Part shown: in pieces, positions 28,134-38,943 of the stretch
How the letters are laid out: the number at the start of each line of letters is the position of its first letter
How positions within the stretch are numbered: position 1 is the stretch's first letter
DNA from: a virus
Virus record (IMG/VR): IMGVR_UViG_3300021185_002720
Location: 8,149 to 72,148 of that record
Direction: 5' to 3' (one strand)
Length of the DNA: 64,000 nt
The notes under the pieces: generated by a model
Seen by the model: the letters and a program-made list of their open reading frames with translations, nothing else
Told to the model about the DNA's origin: nothing
Database searches by the model: none
Made by a program: the position numbers and the translations under genes

Positions 28134-29048
28134 ATGGCGAAAAAGCTCAAAGGTCTTGTAAAAAAGGTATGGGAGAGTAAAATCAAACAAACACCTTCTA
28201 AATATACTCATGTATCCTATAGTTCGGTTAGTACTTATAATAAGTGCCCCAAGCTATGGGAGATGCAGTATCTTCGGAAAGAAATACCTTTTACTCAAAA
28301 TATATATACATGCTTCGGTACTGCAATGCATGAAACTATGCAAGAGTGGTTAACAGTAATGTATCATGATAAAGTTAAGACTGCTAATGAGATAGATTTA
28401 GGTCAACTGTTATACGTTAATATGGTCAAAGCATATAAGAGAGGAAGAGCTCAAATGGAAGGTCAACATTTCTCTAATATGGATGAAATGACTCAATTTT
28501 GGTTAGACGGAAAACATATATTAGAGTACCTAACTAAAAAGAGAGCAGCATACTTTAGTACTAAAACAGCTATGCTTGCAGGAGTAGAAACATTACTCTA
28601 TCAGGAAATTAAACCAGGAGTAGCATTTAAAGGATTAATTGATCTAGTATTCTATCACCCTACTACTGATAGATGGACTGTTGTAGATATTAAAACCTCT
28701 ACCTCTGGATGGAGAGACCATCAAAAGAAGAACCCTAACCTTACTGCTCAGGTAGTAATGTATAAAGAGTACTTCTCTAAACAATTTGATATCGATAAAG
28801 ATAAAATCGACGTACAGTACTTTATAGTTAAACGGAGAGTACCAGCAGAAGCAGAATTTGCTATTATGCAAAGAAGAGTTCAGGAATTTAGCCCTCCAGC
28901 TGGACCTAGAAAGACTAAGGAAGTTATGACGAAGATGAATAATTTTATAGATAACGTACTTGATTCAACAGGAGCATACATTGATAAAGAACATAAATGT
29001 ACTAATCCTTTTGGAAAATGTGAACATTGTTCTCCTTTTCTGAATTAA
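28134..29048 (+). CDS. PD-(D/E)xK exonuclease (RecB/AddB/Cas4-like)
   Basis: SYSS...CP, FGTAMHE, GLIDLV, VVDIKT, C-terminal Cys cluster. Confidence 0.85.
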   Translation: MAKKLKGLVKKVWESKIKQTPSKYTHVSYSSVSTYNKCPKLWEMQYLRKEIPFTQNIYTCFGTAMHETMQEWLTVMYHDKVKTANEIDLGQLLYVNMVKAYKRGRAQMEGQHFSNMDEMTQFWLDGKHILEYLTKKRAAYFSTKTAMLAGVETLLYQEIKPGVAFKGLIDLVFYHPTTDRWTVVDIKTSTSGWRDHQKKNPNLTAQVVMYKEYFSKQFDIDKDKIDVQYFIVKRRVPAEAEFAIMQRRVQEFSPPAGPRKTKEVMTKMNNFIDNVLDSTGAYIDKEHKCTNPFGKCEHCSPFLN

Positions 29049-29079
29049 GTATATATTTATATAAAGATATATTAAAGTT

Positions 29080-29265
29080 ATGAAACACGATGAACACCTT
29101 ACTTCGGTAAAAATTACAAAACCATTATTCGATAAATTTAAGCATGCATGTTTAGAAGATAATTTTTCTTTTAAAAAGCTTGCTGATAGAGCAATTTTTC
29201 TCTATCTTACTAATAATGAGTTTAGAGAAAAAATACATAAGATTAACAACATAAAAATTAAATAA
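29080..29265 (+). CDS. small ribbon-helix-helix-like protein
   Basis: LTSVKI...FDKFK...SFKKLADRAIFLYL. Confidence 0.55.
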   Translation: MKHDEHLTSVKITKPLFDKFKHACLEDNFSFKKLADRAIFLYLTNNEFREKIHKINNIKIK

Positions 29266-29270
29266 GGTTG

Positions 29271-30707
29271 ATGGAAGGTTATATTAAAAAAGAAGATAGG
29301 AAAAAGATACTCCTACTATGTGATGATATTCGAATGCATTCTGGAATAGCTACAATGGCTAGAGAGTTTGTAGTCAATAATGGTCATCGATACAATTGGT
29401 TTAACGTAGGTGCTGCAGTCAATCATGCAGATAAAGGTAAGGTATTAGATCTATCAGCCGATATTAATAAACAATTAAATATAGAAGATGCAGATGTAAG
29501 GATACTCCCTTACAATGGATACGGAGATGCTCAGTTAGTTAGAGACATTATGAAGAGAGAAAAGCCAGATGCTATTTTTATCTTTACTGATCCAAGATAT
29601 TGGACTTGGCTATTCGAAATTGAAAGAGAAGTAAGAAGTCAAGTTCCAATCATCTGGTTAAATATTTGGGATGAATTTCCTTCACCTAAATACAATGAAC
29701 ATTTTTACGATTCAGTAGATGCTTTGTTAAGTATCTCTAAACAAACTAAACTGATAAACGAATTAGTATTAGGGAATAAAGCTGATGATAAGGTATTAAA
29801 GTATATTCCTCATGGAATAGATAACGATATATTTAGACCTATAGAAGATCCTGAGAATAATAAAGAGTTCCAAGGATTTAAAAAAGGAGTATTTAACAAT
29901 AAAGATTATGAATTCGTCGCTTTCTTTAACTCTAGAAACATTCAACGTAAAAGACCAGCAGATGTTATGCTAGCTTTTAAGCTCTTCTGTGATAGTATAG
30001 GTAAAGAGAAAGCTAAGAAATGTGCTTTAGTAATGCATACTGCTCCTGTAGACCAACACGGAACTGATCTAAATGCAGTTAAGAATGCAATATGTGATCC
30101 TGAATATGTAAACGTATTTTTCTCTACTACTAAAATTAATCCTATTCAAATGAACGGGATGTATAATTTAGCAGATGTAACTATGTTGATATCGTCTAAC
30201 GAAGGATGGGGATTATCATTAACTGAGTCTATGTTAGCAGGTACAATGACAATCTCAAACGTAACAGGAGGAATGCAAGACCAAAGTAGATTTGTAGATG
30301 AAAACGGAGAATGGTTTACTCCATCAGCTGATATACCTTCTAACCATAGAGGTACATATAAAGAACATGGTGAATGGAACCTACCGGTATTCCCATCTAA
30401 TATTTCTTTAGCAGGTTCAGTACCTACTCCTTATATTTTTGACGATAGATGTTCACCAGAAGAAGTAGCTCAAGCGTTAGAGGTAATCTACGACATGAGT
30501 CCTGAGGAAAGAAATGAAAGAGGTTTAAAAGGAAGAGAATGGGCTATGTCTGAAGAAGCAGGACTTACAGCTAAAATAATGAGTGATAGAATAGCAGAAG
30601 CTATTGATGAAACTTTAGAGAGCTTTGTTCCAAGACCTAGATACGATCTTTTAAAAGTAGAAGATAAACCAAGTAAATTAATTGAACACAAATTAACAGG
30701 TTATTAA
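29271..30707 (+). CDS. GT4 glycosyltransferase
   Basis: SGIATMARE, IPHGID, RNIQRKR, NEGWGLSLTESM. Confidence 0.85.
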   Translation: MEGYIKKEDRKKILLLCDDIRMHSGIATMAREFVVNNGHRYNWFNVGAAVNHADKGKVLDLSADINKQLNIEDADVRILPYNGYGDAQLVRDIMKREKPDAIFIFTDPRYWTWLFEIEREVRSQVPIIWLNIWDEFPSPKYNEHFYDSVDALLSISKQTKLINELVLGNKADDKVLKYIPHGIDNDIFRPIEDPENNKEFQGFKKGVFNNKDYEFVAFFNSRNIQRKRPADVMLAFKLFCDSIGKEKAKKCALVMHTAPVDQHGTDLNAVKNAICDPEYVNVFFSTTKINPIQMNGMYNLADVTMLISSNEGWGLSLTESMLAGTMTISNVTGGMQDQSRFVDENGEWFTPSADIPSNHRGTYKEHGEWNLPVFPSNISLAGSVPTPYIFDDRCSPEEVAQALEVIYDMSPEERNERGLKGREWAMSEEAGLTAKIMSDRIAEAIDETLESFVPRPRYDLLKVEDKPSKLIEHKLTGY

Positions 30708-30708
30708 T

Positions 30709-31989
30709 ATGAGTAAATCAACATTAGTTATTAGCTGCCCTATTGATACTTATTCAGGATATGGAGCAAGATCAAGAGACCTAGTAAAAGCTATCATAGC
30801 AACAGGTAAATATAACGTAAACATAATTGGACAACGATGGGGTAATACTAGATTCGGTTACTTAGATGATCATAAAGAAACTGATCTCAAAAGCCTAATC
30901 ATACCTGGACTACAGACTCAACCTGATATATGGATACAAGTTACTGTACCTAACGAATTTCAAAAGGTAGGTAAATATAATATCGGTGTTACAGCTGGAA
31001 TAGAGACTGACCAATGTCACGGTAGTTGGATAGAGGGTTGTAATAGAATGGACCTTATACTAACCTCATCAGAGCACTCTAAAAAGGTATTCGTTAATAC
31101 TATAGTAGATGCTATGGATCAAAAGACCGGTCAGAAAATTAAAGAAATTAAACTAGAAAAACCAGTCGAAGTATTATTTGAAGGGGTAGATACAACTAAG
31201 TACTTTCAAACTAAAACATCAGCTAAGACAGAGTTTACTTTAGACATCAACACTATACCAGAATCATTTTGCTACCTTAGTGTAGGACATTGGATGCAAG
31301 GAGATTTTGGACACGATAGAAAGAATATAGGGTATACTGTTAAGACATTTTTAGAGACTTTTAAAACTAAGAAAAATCCTCCTGCTTTAATACTTAAATG
31401 TAGTACAGCTTCTACATCTATTTTAGATAGAGAAAGGATTTTAGATAAGATAGATGCTATTAGAAAGACCATTAAAGGTGGTAGGTTAGCTAATATCTAT
31501 TTGCTTCATGGAGAGATAACAGATGGAGAAATGAATGATCTATATAACCATCCTAAAGTTAAAGTAATGGTTAGTCATACTAAAGGAGAAGGATATGGAA
31601 GACCCCTTGCTGAGTTTGCTGTTACAGGAAAGCCTATCATTGCATCAGGATGGTCCGGTCATACAGACTTTTTAGATAAAGATCTTTCTATACTACTCGG
31701 TGGTACAATAGATAGAGTTCATCCATCGTCTGTTCTCAAAGATATGATCATTACAGAAGCTAGTTGGTTTACACCTAGTGATCCAGATACTTCTAAAGCA
31801 TATAAGAAAACATTTAAACATTACAAGGACTGTATACCTGGAGCTAGAAAACAGAGAAGAGTTATATTAGACAACTTTACATACGAAGATATGTGCAAGA
31901 GAGTTGATAACATATTAGAGAGTAATATTCCAGACTTTCCTAAGCAAATACAATTAACATTACCTAAATTAGATTTACCAAAATTATAA
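30709..31989 (+). CDS. GT4 glycosyltransferase
   Basis: SGYGARSR, DRKN, KGEGYGRPLAE, WSGHTDF. Confidence 0.85.
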   Translation: MSKSTLVISCPIDTYSGYGARSRDLVKAIIATGKYNVNIIGQRWGNTRFGYLDDHKETDLKSLIIPGLQTQPDIWIQVTVPNEFQKVGKYNIGVTAGIETDQCHGSWIEGCNRMDLILTSSEHSKKVFVNTIVDAMDQKTGQKIKEIKLEKPVEVLFEGVDTTKYFQTKTSAKTEFTLDINTIPESFCYLSVGHWMQGDFGHDRKNIGYTVKTFLETFKTKKNPPALILKCSTASTSILDRERILDKIDAIRKTIKGGRLANIYLLHGEITDGEMNDLYNHPKVKVMVSHTKGEGYGRPLAEFAVTGKPIIASGWSGHTDFLDKDLSILLGGTIDRVHPSSVLKDMIITEASWFTPSDPDTSKAYKKTFKHYKDCIPGARKQRRVILDNFTYEDMCKRVDNILESNIPDFPKQIQLTLPKLDLPKL

Positions 31990-31992
31990 GTT

Positions 31993-32463
31993 ATGATAGA
32001 TAAAGATTCATTAGTAGAGGGACCATTTGGAAGTGATGCATGTTATGAAACATCATTTGAACAAGAAGGAAAAACAATAACAACGTGGCTATGTTTCGGT
32101 AGTGGCTTTACTACTTCAACAATAATGACTGAAGGTTCATCAGCAGTAAGTAATTTACTAGAAACAGCTCCTTCGTTGTATAAAGATTTACTCCATACAG
32201 ATAAAGATAAAAAAGTATGGTTACCTGCTACGATTACTTTACCAGAAAAAGGTATGGTATTTTTAGACGGTACTAATACTGATAACTGGAACTGGACTGC
32301 TGTAAAAGCAGCAAGGTTAACAAAAGAAGATAAAGAGTCTGGTAAGTTTCCTGAAGGTAATGAATGGAAAATGGAGATGAAAAATAAGAAAGTATTTGGT
32401 CAAACCGATTTCATGGATGCTATGGATCATATTGGCTTCTTTGCTTTAGAACCTCAAGTATGA
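31993..32463 (+). CDS. hypothetical protein
   Basis: ORF within the glycosyltransferase operon. Confidence 0.65.
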   Translation: MIDKDSLVEGPFGSDACYETSFEQEGKTITTWLCFGSGFTTSTIMTEGSSAVSNLLETAPSLYKDLLHTDKDKKVWLPATITLPEKGMVFLDGTNTDNWNWTAVKAARLTKEDKESGKFPEGNEWKMEMKNKKVFGQTDFMDAMDHIGFFALEPQV

Positions 32464-33083
32464 AAATAAGCTATGCCATAACGGTTTGTAATGAATTCGA
32501 AGAGATTCAAAAACTTGTATCTACACTAATGTTAAATATTAGAGAAGAAGATGAAGTTATAATTCTATTCGATAAACGTAACGGCACAGCAGAGGTATGG
32601 GACTACCTAGTAGGTCTACAGAGCCAAAACCTAGTACTTACATTTCCTGAAACGTTTAAAGGGCACTTTGCTGATTGGAAAAATAAACTTACCTCTTTAT
32701 GTGGCGGGGATTATATCTTTCAGATAGATGCAGATGAAGTACCTAACGAAGCTTTGATAGCTAATCTTCCAGGCATATTAGAATCTAATCCTGATAATGA
32801 AGTTTACTTAGTTCCTAGAGTTAACACTGTTGATGGATTAACAGATGAACATATTAATAAATGGGGTTGGAATATAAATGATTCAGGTTGGGTTAACTGG
32901 CCTGATTATCAATGGAGAATCTATAAAAACTCAGATGATATAAGCTGGGTTAATAAGGTGCATGAAAGGCTTGAAGGGTTCAAGACGTATGCTCCATTGC
33001 CTCAAATAGAATCTATGGCACTTTACCACCCTAAAGACATAGAGAGGCAAGAAAAGCAAAACCAATATTACGAAACATTATGA
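32460..33083 (+). CDS. GT2 glycosyltransferase
   Basis: ISYAITVCNE, FQIDADE, PDYQWRIY, VHE. Confidence 0.85.
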   Translation: MKISYAITVCNEFEEIQKLVSTLMLNIREEDEVIILFDKRNGTAEVWDYLVGLQSQNLVLTFPETFKGHFADWKNKLTSLCGGDYIFQIDADEVPNEALIANLPGILESNPDNEVYLVPRVNTVDGLTDEHINKWGWNINDSGWVNWPDYQWRIYKNSDDISWVNKVHERLEGFKTYAPLPQIESMALYHPKDIERQEKQNQYYETL

Positions 33084-33262
33084 AAAAGAAACTAATATCA
33101 ATAGCTTTAGTTAGTACATTATTAATCGGCTGTGGCTCTTCAAAGGCATCAGCTAATACTACTACACAGACAGAAGTTATTAGTCAAGAAAATGATCCTC
33201 TGATGAAATTATTAATATCAGGATTAATTATATATACAGTTCAATTACTATTTGCAAGATAA
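33080..33262 (+). CDS. small lipoprotein-like protein
   Basis: Lipobox LIGC. Confidence 0.5.
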   Translation: MKKKLISIALVSTLLIGCGSSKASANTTTQTEVISQENDPLMKLLISGLIIYTVQLLFAR

Positions 33263-33263
33263 C

Positions 33264-33422
33264 ATGATTAAGATAGATGTCAAAGTAGGAGATACTATCA
33301 TGGTTGGTAGATTTAAAAATAAAAGAGTTAAGGTTAAGACTATAGAGTATGATGAATTTGGAATGCCGATGATAAATGGAAAGCCTGGCTGTAATTTTAG
33401 ATTGGTACCTAATCCAAGATAA
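33264..33422 (+). CDS. small hypothetical protein, 52 aa, missing from the ORF track
   Basis: MIKIDVKVGDTIMVGRFKNKRVKVKTI... Confidence 0.6.
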   Translation: MIKIDVKVGDTIMVGRFKNKRVKVKTIEYDEFGMPMINGKPGCNFRLVPNPR

Positions 33423-33436
33423 ACCTATTTATAAAT

Positions 33437-34024
33437 ATGGAATATAAAGACGCACTTAAATTAGCAGATGCAGTACCTGGATCTCTGATAGAATTAGGAT
33501 TTGGTAGAGGTAATAGTTTGAAAGAATTTATTTCCTATATGAATAATATTGAAATAAATAAAAGGAACATATGGATATATGAATCCTTTGACGGTTATAA
33601 TAACCCTACCCCTGAAGATAATAAAGCGTTTAAGAAAGGAGACTTTAAAAGACCTCCACAACCAGCTTATGATATTAGAAATACTATCAACACTAAAGTT
33701 GAGTTAGTTAAAGGCTACATAGAAGAGACATTACCAGCTAAGTATGATAAGTCTCCAGTTTCTATTGTGCACTCACATTTAATAAGCTATTCAAGTACTT
33801 TACATGGGTTAGAGAATTTCGAAAAATACATGCCTCCTGGTAGTGTAATTATAGTTACCGACTATCAAGCATTCGAAGGAACCAAACAAGCAGTAGATGA
33901 GTTTTTAATTAAGTTTGCTCCTAAATTTAAAACTATAGAAGTAAACGATACATTTATAGTTCTACAGACACAAAAGGTTCAAACATTAACTAATAAAGTA
34001 TTAAGAACTAGATCAGAATTTTAG
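33437..34024 (+). CDS. TylF/MycF-like O-methyltransferase
   Basis: PGSLIELGFGRG, YESFDG, LVKGYIEETLP, GTKQAVDEF; several canonical Asp residues are substituted. Confidence 0.7.
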   Translation: MEYKDALKLADAVPGSLIELGFGRGNSLKEFISYMNNIEINKRNIWIYESFDGYNNPTPEDNKAFKKGDFKRPPQPAYDIRNTINTKVELVKGYIEETLPAKYDKSPVSIVHSHLISYSSTLHGLENFEKYMPPGSVIIVTDYQAFEGTKQAVDEFLIKFAPKFKTIEVNDTFIVLQTQKVQTLTNKVLRTRSEF

Positions 34025-34027
34025 TTA

Positions 34028-34498
34028 ATGCATAGTATTCCAGAGCATTTAGAATATCATCTTAAAACTATTCTTTATCATACGGAAGATGCTTACATAG
34101 GAGGAAGTATAGAAGATTATTTCCTTTTAGGTTTCTCTGATAAGGTAATTAACGATGTAGATGTATTTACATATGACCATAAAGACCTTGAGAGACTTAT
34201 GGATTATTATGGAGAACCATTAGAAGTAGTTAAGAATAAAAAGAGAGCAGCTTTGATAGGAGATGTTTCTCATTTATATAAGTATAAAGATGTAGACATA
34301 CATTATATTGAGAGTTCAACATACCCTCATGAATTTATGACTACCAGATATAAAGATATGGTAATCACTCATCATACCTTAAAAAGTAAAAAAGGTATAG
34401 CAAAAATAGAAAGTGATTGGTTCCTGAAAAATGGAATAGAACTAGAGAAAGGAAAATCAATAGAAAGGATTTTAAAAACACAAAATAAGTTGCTTTAA
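34028..34498 (+). CDS. nucleotidyltransferase-like protein
   Basis: YIGGS...NDVDVF. Confidence 0.5.
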   Translation: MHSIPEHLEYHLKTILYHTEDAYIGGSIEDYFLLGFSDKVINDVDVFTYDHKDLERLMDYYGEPLEVVKNKKRAALIGDVSHLYKYKDVDIHYIESSTYPHEFMTTRYKDMVITHHTLKSKKGIAKIESDWFLKNGIELEKGKSIERILKTQNKLL

Positions 34499-34523
34499 CA
34501 AGTTATTTTTCTTATATTTAATT

Positions 34524-34835
34524 ATGGTTATATATGTAGATATCGATGATACGATTGCTGATTACGATGTAAATGACAGCAGTACTGATTATTATAAAGC
34601 ACGTCCTATATCAATTAATATAGATAAGATTAATAATCTCTACGACGAAGGTAATACCATAATTTACTATACAGCTAGAGGTTCTCTCAATACTCATAGA
34701 AAAGAAGAGTATACTGAGTTAACTAAAAGACAGCTTAAAGAATGGGGCGCTAAATACCATGAAGTAAGTGTAGGTGATAAACCTGCTTATGATTTATTAA
34801 TTTGTGATAAAAGTAAAAGAATAGAAGAGTTATGA
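34524..34835 (+). CDS. HAD-family phosphatase (capsule biosynthesis-type)
   Basis: YVDIDDTI, YTARG, KP.YD...DK. Confidence 0.8.
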   Translation: MVIYVDIDDTIADYDVNDSSTDYYKARPISINIDKINNLYDEGNTIIYYTARGSLNTHRKEEYTELTKRQLKEWGAKYHEVSVGDKPAYDLLICDKSKRIEEL

Positions 34836-35683
34836 AAAAAACGTACATTATTGGAGAGATTGGAATAAATCATCAAGGAAATTTAGAGATTGCAAAAAAG
34901 TTAATTGATATTGCAGCCGCAGCAGGCTGTGATGCAGTAAAGTTTCAAAAGAGAAACCCAGACGTTTGTGTTCCAGAAGCACAAAAAAACAAACCGAGAA
35001 GCTGGCAAGGAGTAGATATGACTTATCTTGAATACAAACATAAAGTTGAGTTTGGTAAAGAAGAGTATGATGAGATAGATCGTTACTGCAAGCAACAGAA
35101 GATTGCCTGGTCAGCTTCACCCTGGGATATGGATTCAGTAGAGTTTTTGAGACAGTACAACATACCATTCATTAAACTACCTTCTGCATCTTTAACTGAC
35201 GATGAGTTACTTACTGCTTGTGTGGAGAAATTTCCAAGGGTTATTTTTTCAACTGGTATGTCTACCGAAGATGAAGTCGATCATGCAGTAGACACATTAA
35301 GAATAGCTAAGGCATATTATAATAAGAAAGAGCCTATAGGGTTACTACATTGCAATTCTACTTACCCAGCTCCTGTTAATGAGTTAAATCTATCAGCTAT
35401 CAAAACCTTAGCAAATAAGTATCCTGATTTTGAAATAGGATATTCAGGACATGAAATGTTGTTAGGTACTACAGTAGCATCAGTCTTATTAGGAGCAAGT
35501 ATTATTGAGAGACATATTACATTAGACAGAACTATGGAAGGTTCAGATCATAGTGCTTCAGTTACACCTCATGGATTATTTAAATTAGTATCTGGCATTA
35601 GAGAGTTAGAACAAGCATACGGTGACGGTAACATAGTTGTTACTGAGTCAGAAAAGCCTGTTAGAGAAAAACTAAGAGGTTAA
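34832..35683 (+). CDS. neuB: N-acetylneuraminate/nonulosonate synthase lacking the SAF domain
   Basis: IGEIGINHQG, DAVKFQKR, LHCNSTYP, GYSGHE, IERHITLDR..GSDH. Confidence 0.92.
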   Translation: MKKTYIIGEIGINHQGNLEIAKKLIDIAAAAGCDAVKFQKRNPDVCVPEAQKNKPRSWQGVDMTYLEYKHKVEFGKEEYDEIDRYCKQQKIAWSASPWDMDSVEFLRQYNIPFIKLPSASLTDDELLTACVEKFPRVIFSTGMSTEDEVDHAVDTLRIAKAYYNKKEPIGLLHCNSTYPAPVNELNLSAIKTLANKYPDFEIGYSGHEMLLGTTVASVLLGASIIERHITLDRTMEGSDHSASVTPHGLFKLVSGIRELEQAYGDGNIVVTESEKPVREKLRG

Positions 35684-36780
35684 TGCATAGCATATTAGTA
35701 CTTAATGATACAATAAGGAGCAAAAACTTTGGTTGTCAACTAGTAAGCCATTCCCTCAGAAAGACTTTAAATGAAGTTTACCCAGACAGTAACGTAACTT
35801 TTGTTCCAGTAAACGATAAAGGATTCAGACCTGAACTAGGATACGATTTGGTAATTGTAAATGGAGAAGGAAGCTTTGGTCACCATTATAAAATGCCTGA
35901 CGGCTTTCCAAACAATGGTCCAATAATGAGATGGTATATGGATCGAGGAGTAGATGTTTATTTAGTAAACCTATCTATTCAATGTAGCTTAGATATGTTA
36001 AAAGCTCATGAGGAGTTTTTATCTAGATGTAAGTTGGTAACATTACGAGAGCCAATATCATATCTATTTCTGTTAAAGAATACTTCACTTACTAATATTA
36101 AACTTTACCCTGATTTAGGTACTAATTACTTTGAAGATGAAAAAGTAGAAAAGGATTTAGATTTCTGTTTCGGCTTTGGAGCATTAGCTAAAGAACATGA
36201 ATCAATAGGACCTCAAATAAATGCTTACTTTAAAGCAATCAATGTTATAAAAGAAGAAGGATACTCAGCAAAGTATTTAGGCTTCCCTGGTAATCCTTTT
36301 AGTGATGGAGAACTAGCTACCGATAAACTAGACGATATAGTAATCGAAGAAGGCACTTTTGAACAGTATTATCATTCAGTTAAGAGAGCTAAAATTAACG
36401 TTACAGGTAGGCACCATGGGGCAATAATGTCCTTCCTAGGTAAGACTCCATTTTTTACTTTTAATGCTAATATGTGGAAAACAGAAGGAGATCAAATACT
36501 ATATGGTCCTTATGATTACTTTAATTTTAGACATTTAAACACAGGACAGCTTGTAGACTATCTAAAAAATTCGTATATTAATTATAATAAACAATCAGCT
36601 TTTTTAGAAAAGAGATATGAGGAACTAGCTCCAATGTTTGATGCTCATATAAGATGTACTAAAGAAGATGTAAAAGACGTAATTGAAAGAGGAATTCTTA
36701 CTCCTGAATATATCAGTAGATGTGTACAAGAGTTAAGCTATATAGATTTAAACAAATATGGACTTTCAGAAAAAGTATAA
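35683..36780 (+). CDS. polysaccharide pyruvyl transferase-like protein
   Basis: NFGCQLV, VNGEGS, LREPIS, PDL, TGRHHG. Confidence 0.7.
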   Translation: MHSILVLNDTIRSKNFGCQLVSHSLRKTLNEVYPDSNVTFVPVNDKGFRPELGYDLVIVNGEGSFGHHYKMPDGFPNNGPIMRWYMDRGVDVYLVNLSIQCSLDMLKAHEEFLSRCKLVTLREPISYLFLLKNTSLTNIKLYPDLGTNYFEDEKVEKDLDFCFGFGALAKEHESIGPQINAYFKAINVIKEEGYSAKYLGFPGNPFSDGELATDKLDDIVIEEGTFEQYYHSVKRAKINVTGRHHGAIMSFLGKTPFFTFNANMWKTEGDQILYGPYDYFNFRHLNTGQLVDYLKNSYINYNKQSAFLEKRYEELAPMFDAHIRCTKEDVKDVIERGILTPEYISRCVQELSYIDLNKYGLSEKV

Positions 36781-37504
36781 CAATAAAGAGATATTAGTTA
36801 TTGGAGGAGGAACATCTACCTTGGATGTTAAATGGGAAGGCGTTATTAATCCAGATACTTACATATGGACCTGTAATGACTTTTATAGGAATGAAAGAGT
36901 TAGATCACAGAACATAGATCTATACCAATTAGGTTATCAAACAGACTTAACTAATATCATACTAAAAGATAAACTAAGAACTAATAAACCTTTTGCTTAT
37001 TTTGAACCTGAGCATTATAGAGGTAAACAAAACTCACAGGAGTTTAAAAAGTTTGTTGAAGATATAGGGTACGGAGTCTATAATATGGATATTGATTATA
37101 GTAATTTATTTGAAACAAAAAGCAGATATACTCTCGATGGATATAAATATAGTTATAGACCAGCACAAAAGTCTGGAGCTATACTTAGATTGATTATACT
37201 TGCTTTATCTACAAGAGCACGTAAAGTATACTTTGTAGGTTTTGATGGATTCAATAAAGACTTTTCTAATAAACATGCATTTACTGGCCATGTAGGATTA
37301 AAAGACTCAGATCAAAGAAGAGACTGGGATAAGACTCCTATGTCGTATGTAGGTGTATTTGAAGATGCTTATAGACTTCTAGCAAGCAGAGAAGATAATA
37401 AAAGATTACAGAACTTAGGTGAAGGTTTTGATTATAACTTAGGCACTAGACTAAGTAAAGAGTATTTTAAACTAACAGACGAAACTTATGAAGCCATTAG
37501 ATAG
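36758..37504 (+). CDS. GT42/Maf-like (sialyltransferase-like) protein
   Basis: LVIGGGTS, TCNDFY, SGA...AL...KVYFVGFDG. Confidence 0.55.
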   Translation: MDFQKKYNNKEILVIGGGTSTLDVKWEGVINPDTYIWTCNDFYRNERVRSQNIDLYQLGYQTDLTNIILKDKLRTNKPFAYFEPEHYRGKQNSQEFKKFVEDIGYGVYNMDIDYSNLFETKSRYTLDGYKYSYRPAQKSGAILRLIILALSTRARKVYFVGFDGFNKDFSNKHAFTGHVGLKDSDQRRDWDKTPMSYVGVFEDAYRLLASREDNKRLQNLGEGFDYNLGTRLSKEYFKLTDETYEAIR

Positions 37505-38174
37505 CGTAGCAATTATAGTTCAAGCAAGACTGAACAGTCAAAGAGTTCCACAGAAAATGATCAGACCTTTTTATGGGACTACATTATTTGATTTAGTATT
37601 AGAAAAAATTAAAGAAGCCTTGCCAAGTAAACAAGACAATATATGGGCTTCAGTATACGAACCTGAGTTAGTTGATATAGCTAAAAAGCAAGGAGTAAAT
37701 ATATTCAATAGAAGTAGAGCATCAGCTAATAATGATAACTCTCTTCAAATGATATACGAATGGCATGATAAGCTTCCGGAAAATTATAAGTATGTTATGT
37801 TAGTATCAGGGTGTAATCCTTTATTAGAACCTAAAACTATAAGAGACTTCTACAATACCTTTAACATGCAAGAAGAAGAAAACCTATTTGCAGTAATGGA
37901 GAAGAAACAATACTATTGGAATAAAGAAGGTTCTTTAGTTACCCCTTGGCCTGAAGGTCAAACTATTATGAATACAAAAGCAGTAGAGCCTACTTATGAA
38001 GCAGCTCATGTTCTGTATGCCTCAAGATTAGATCTCATTAAACAAGATAAGTTTATGGGAGACTTTGAAGCACCAGGAGGAATAAAACTATTCCAAATGC
38101 CTGAGTTAGAAGCATTCGATATTGATTACGAATGGCAATTTAAAGTAGCAGAAAAATTATTTGAAACATTATGA
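37488..38174 (+). CDS. neuA: CMP-nonulosonic acid synthetase
   Basis: QARLNSQRVPQKMIRPF, NPLL, FDIDYEWQF. Confidence 0.85.
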   Translation: MKPLDSVAIIVQARLNSQRVPQKMIRPFYGTTLFDLVLEKIKEALPSKQDNIWASVYEPELVDIAKKQGVNIFNRSRASANNDNSLQMIYEWHDKLPENYKYVMLVSGCNPLLEPKTIRDFYNTFNMQEEENLFAVMEKKQYYWNKEGSLVTPWPEGQTIMNTKAVEPTYEAAHVLYASRLDLIKQDKFMGDFEAPGGIKLFQMPELEAFDIDYEWQFKVAEKLFETL

Positions 38175-38608
38175 TATATTGGTTTACAGGCCAGCCAGGA
38201 GCTGGTAAGACAACATTAGCAAAGATGCTAAAGAAAGCATTACCTCATTCATTCCATATAGATGGAGATGATTTAAGAGCATTAACTACAAATAAAGACT
38301 ATTCTATTAACGGTAGAGTTAACAACGTAAACACAGCACAAAAGATAGCACACTACTTACATAATCAGGGGAGTGTTGTTATAGTTTCCGTAGTAGCTCC
38401 TTACATAGATCAGAGAGAAGAATTTAAAAAATTGATAGGGGATGATATTAGAGAGTTCTATGTTCATACAACTCAAGAAAGAGAAAGAGATCATTTTAAA
38501 ACTGATGCTTATGTTCCTCCTAAGGAGAATTTTATTGATATAGATACAACATACGAGAGTCCAGAGGGAACATATAACATAATAGAACATTTAGTATTTG
38601 GTATATGA
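38171..38608 (+). CDS. cysC: adenylylsulfate kinase
   Basis: WFTGQPGAGKTT, IDGDDLR, YS..GR..N, VAPY...R. Confidence 0.85.
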   Translation: MIYWFTGQPGAGKTTLAKMLKKALPHSFHIDGDDLRALTTNKDYSINGRVNNVNTAQKIAHYLHNQGSVVIVSVVAPYIDQREEFKKLIGDDIREFYVHTTQERERDHFKTDAYVPPKENFIDIDTTYESPEGTYNIIEHLVFGI

Positions 38609-38943
38609 TTAAAAAGAAAACATTTTTTTGTGATATAGATGGTACATTAATAAAGTATCGTGAATTTGTAACGTATCAGACTAATCCTGCAGTTCCAATT
38701 GAAAGTACTATAAACTATATTACTGAGCAGTTTAATGATGGTCATATGATTATACTAACTACAGCTAGACCTGAAGAGTTAAGAAGGCATACAGAATTAG
38801 AATTAGAGATGAATCATATTCCTTTTCATAGATTGATAATGGGAATAGAAAGAGGACCTAGATACTTAATAAATGATATGTCTCCTAATGAACCAGGTGA
38901 AAGAGCAATAGGTATTAATTTAGTAAGAGATCAAGGCATATGA
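38605..38943 (+). CDS. HAD-family phosphatase
   Basis: FCDIDGTL, TTARP, R.LIND. Confidence 0.75.
   Translation: MIKKKTFFCDIDGTLIKYREFVTYQTNPAVPIESTINYITEQFNDGHMIILTTARPEELRRHTELELEMNHIPFHRLIMGIERGPRYLINDMSPNEPGERAIGINLVRDQGI

Noticed and set aside
28134-29048. Cas4-like nuclease as evidence of CRISPR-Cas
   Set aside because: Stand-alone PD-(D/E)xK exonucleases are common in phages, and there is no cas1 or array.
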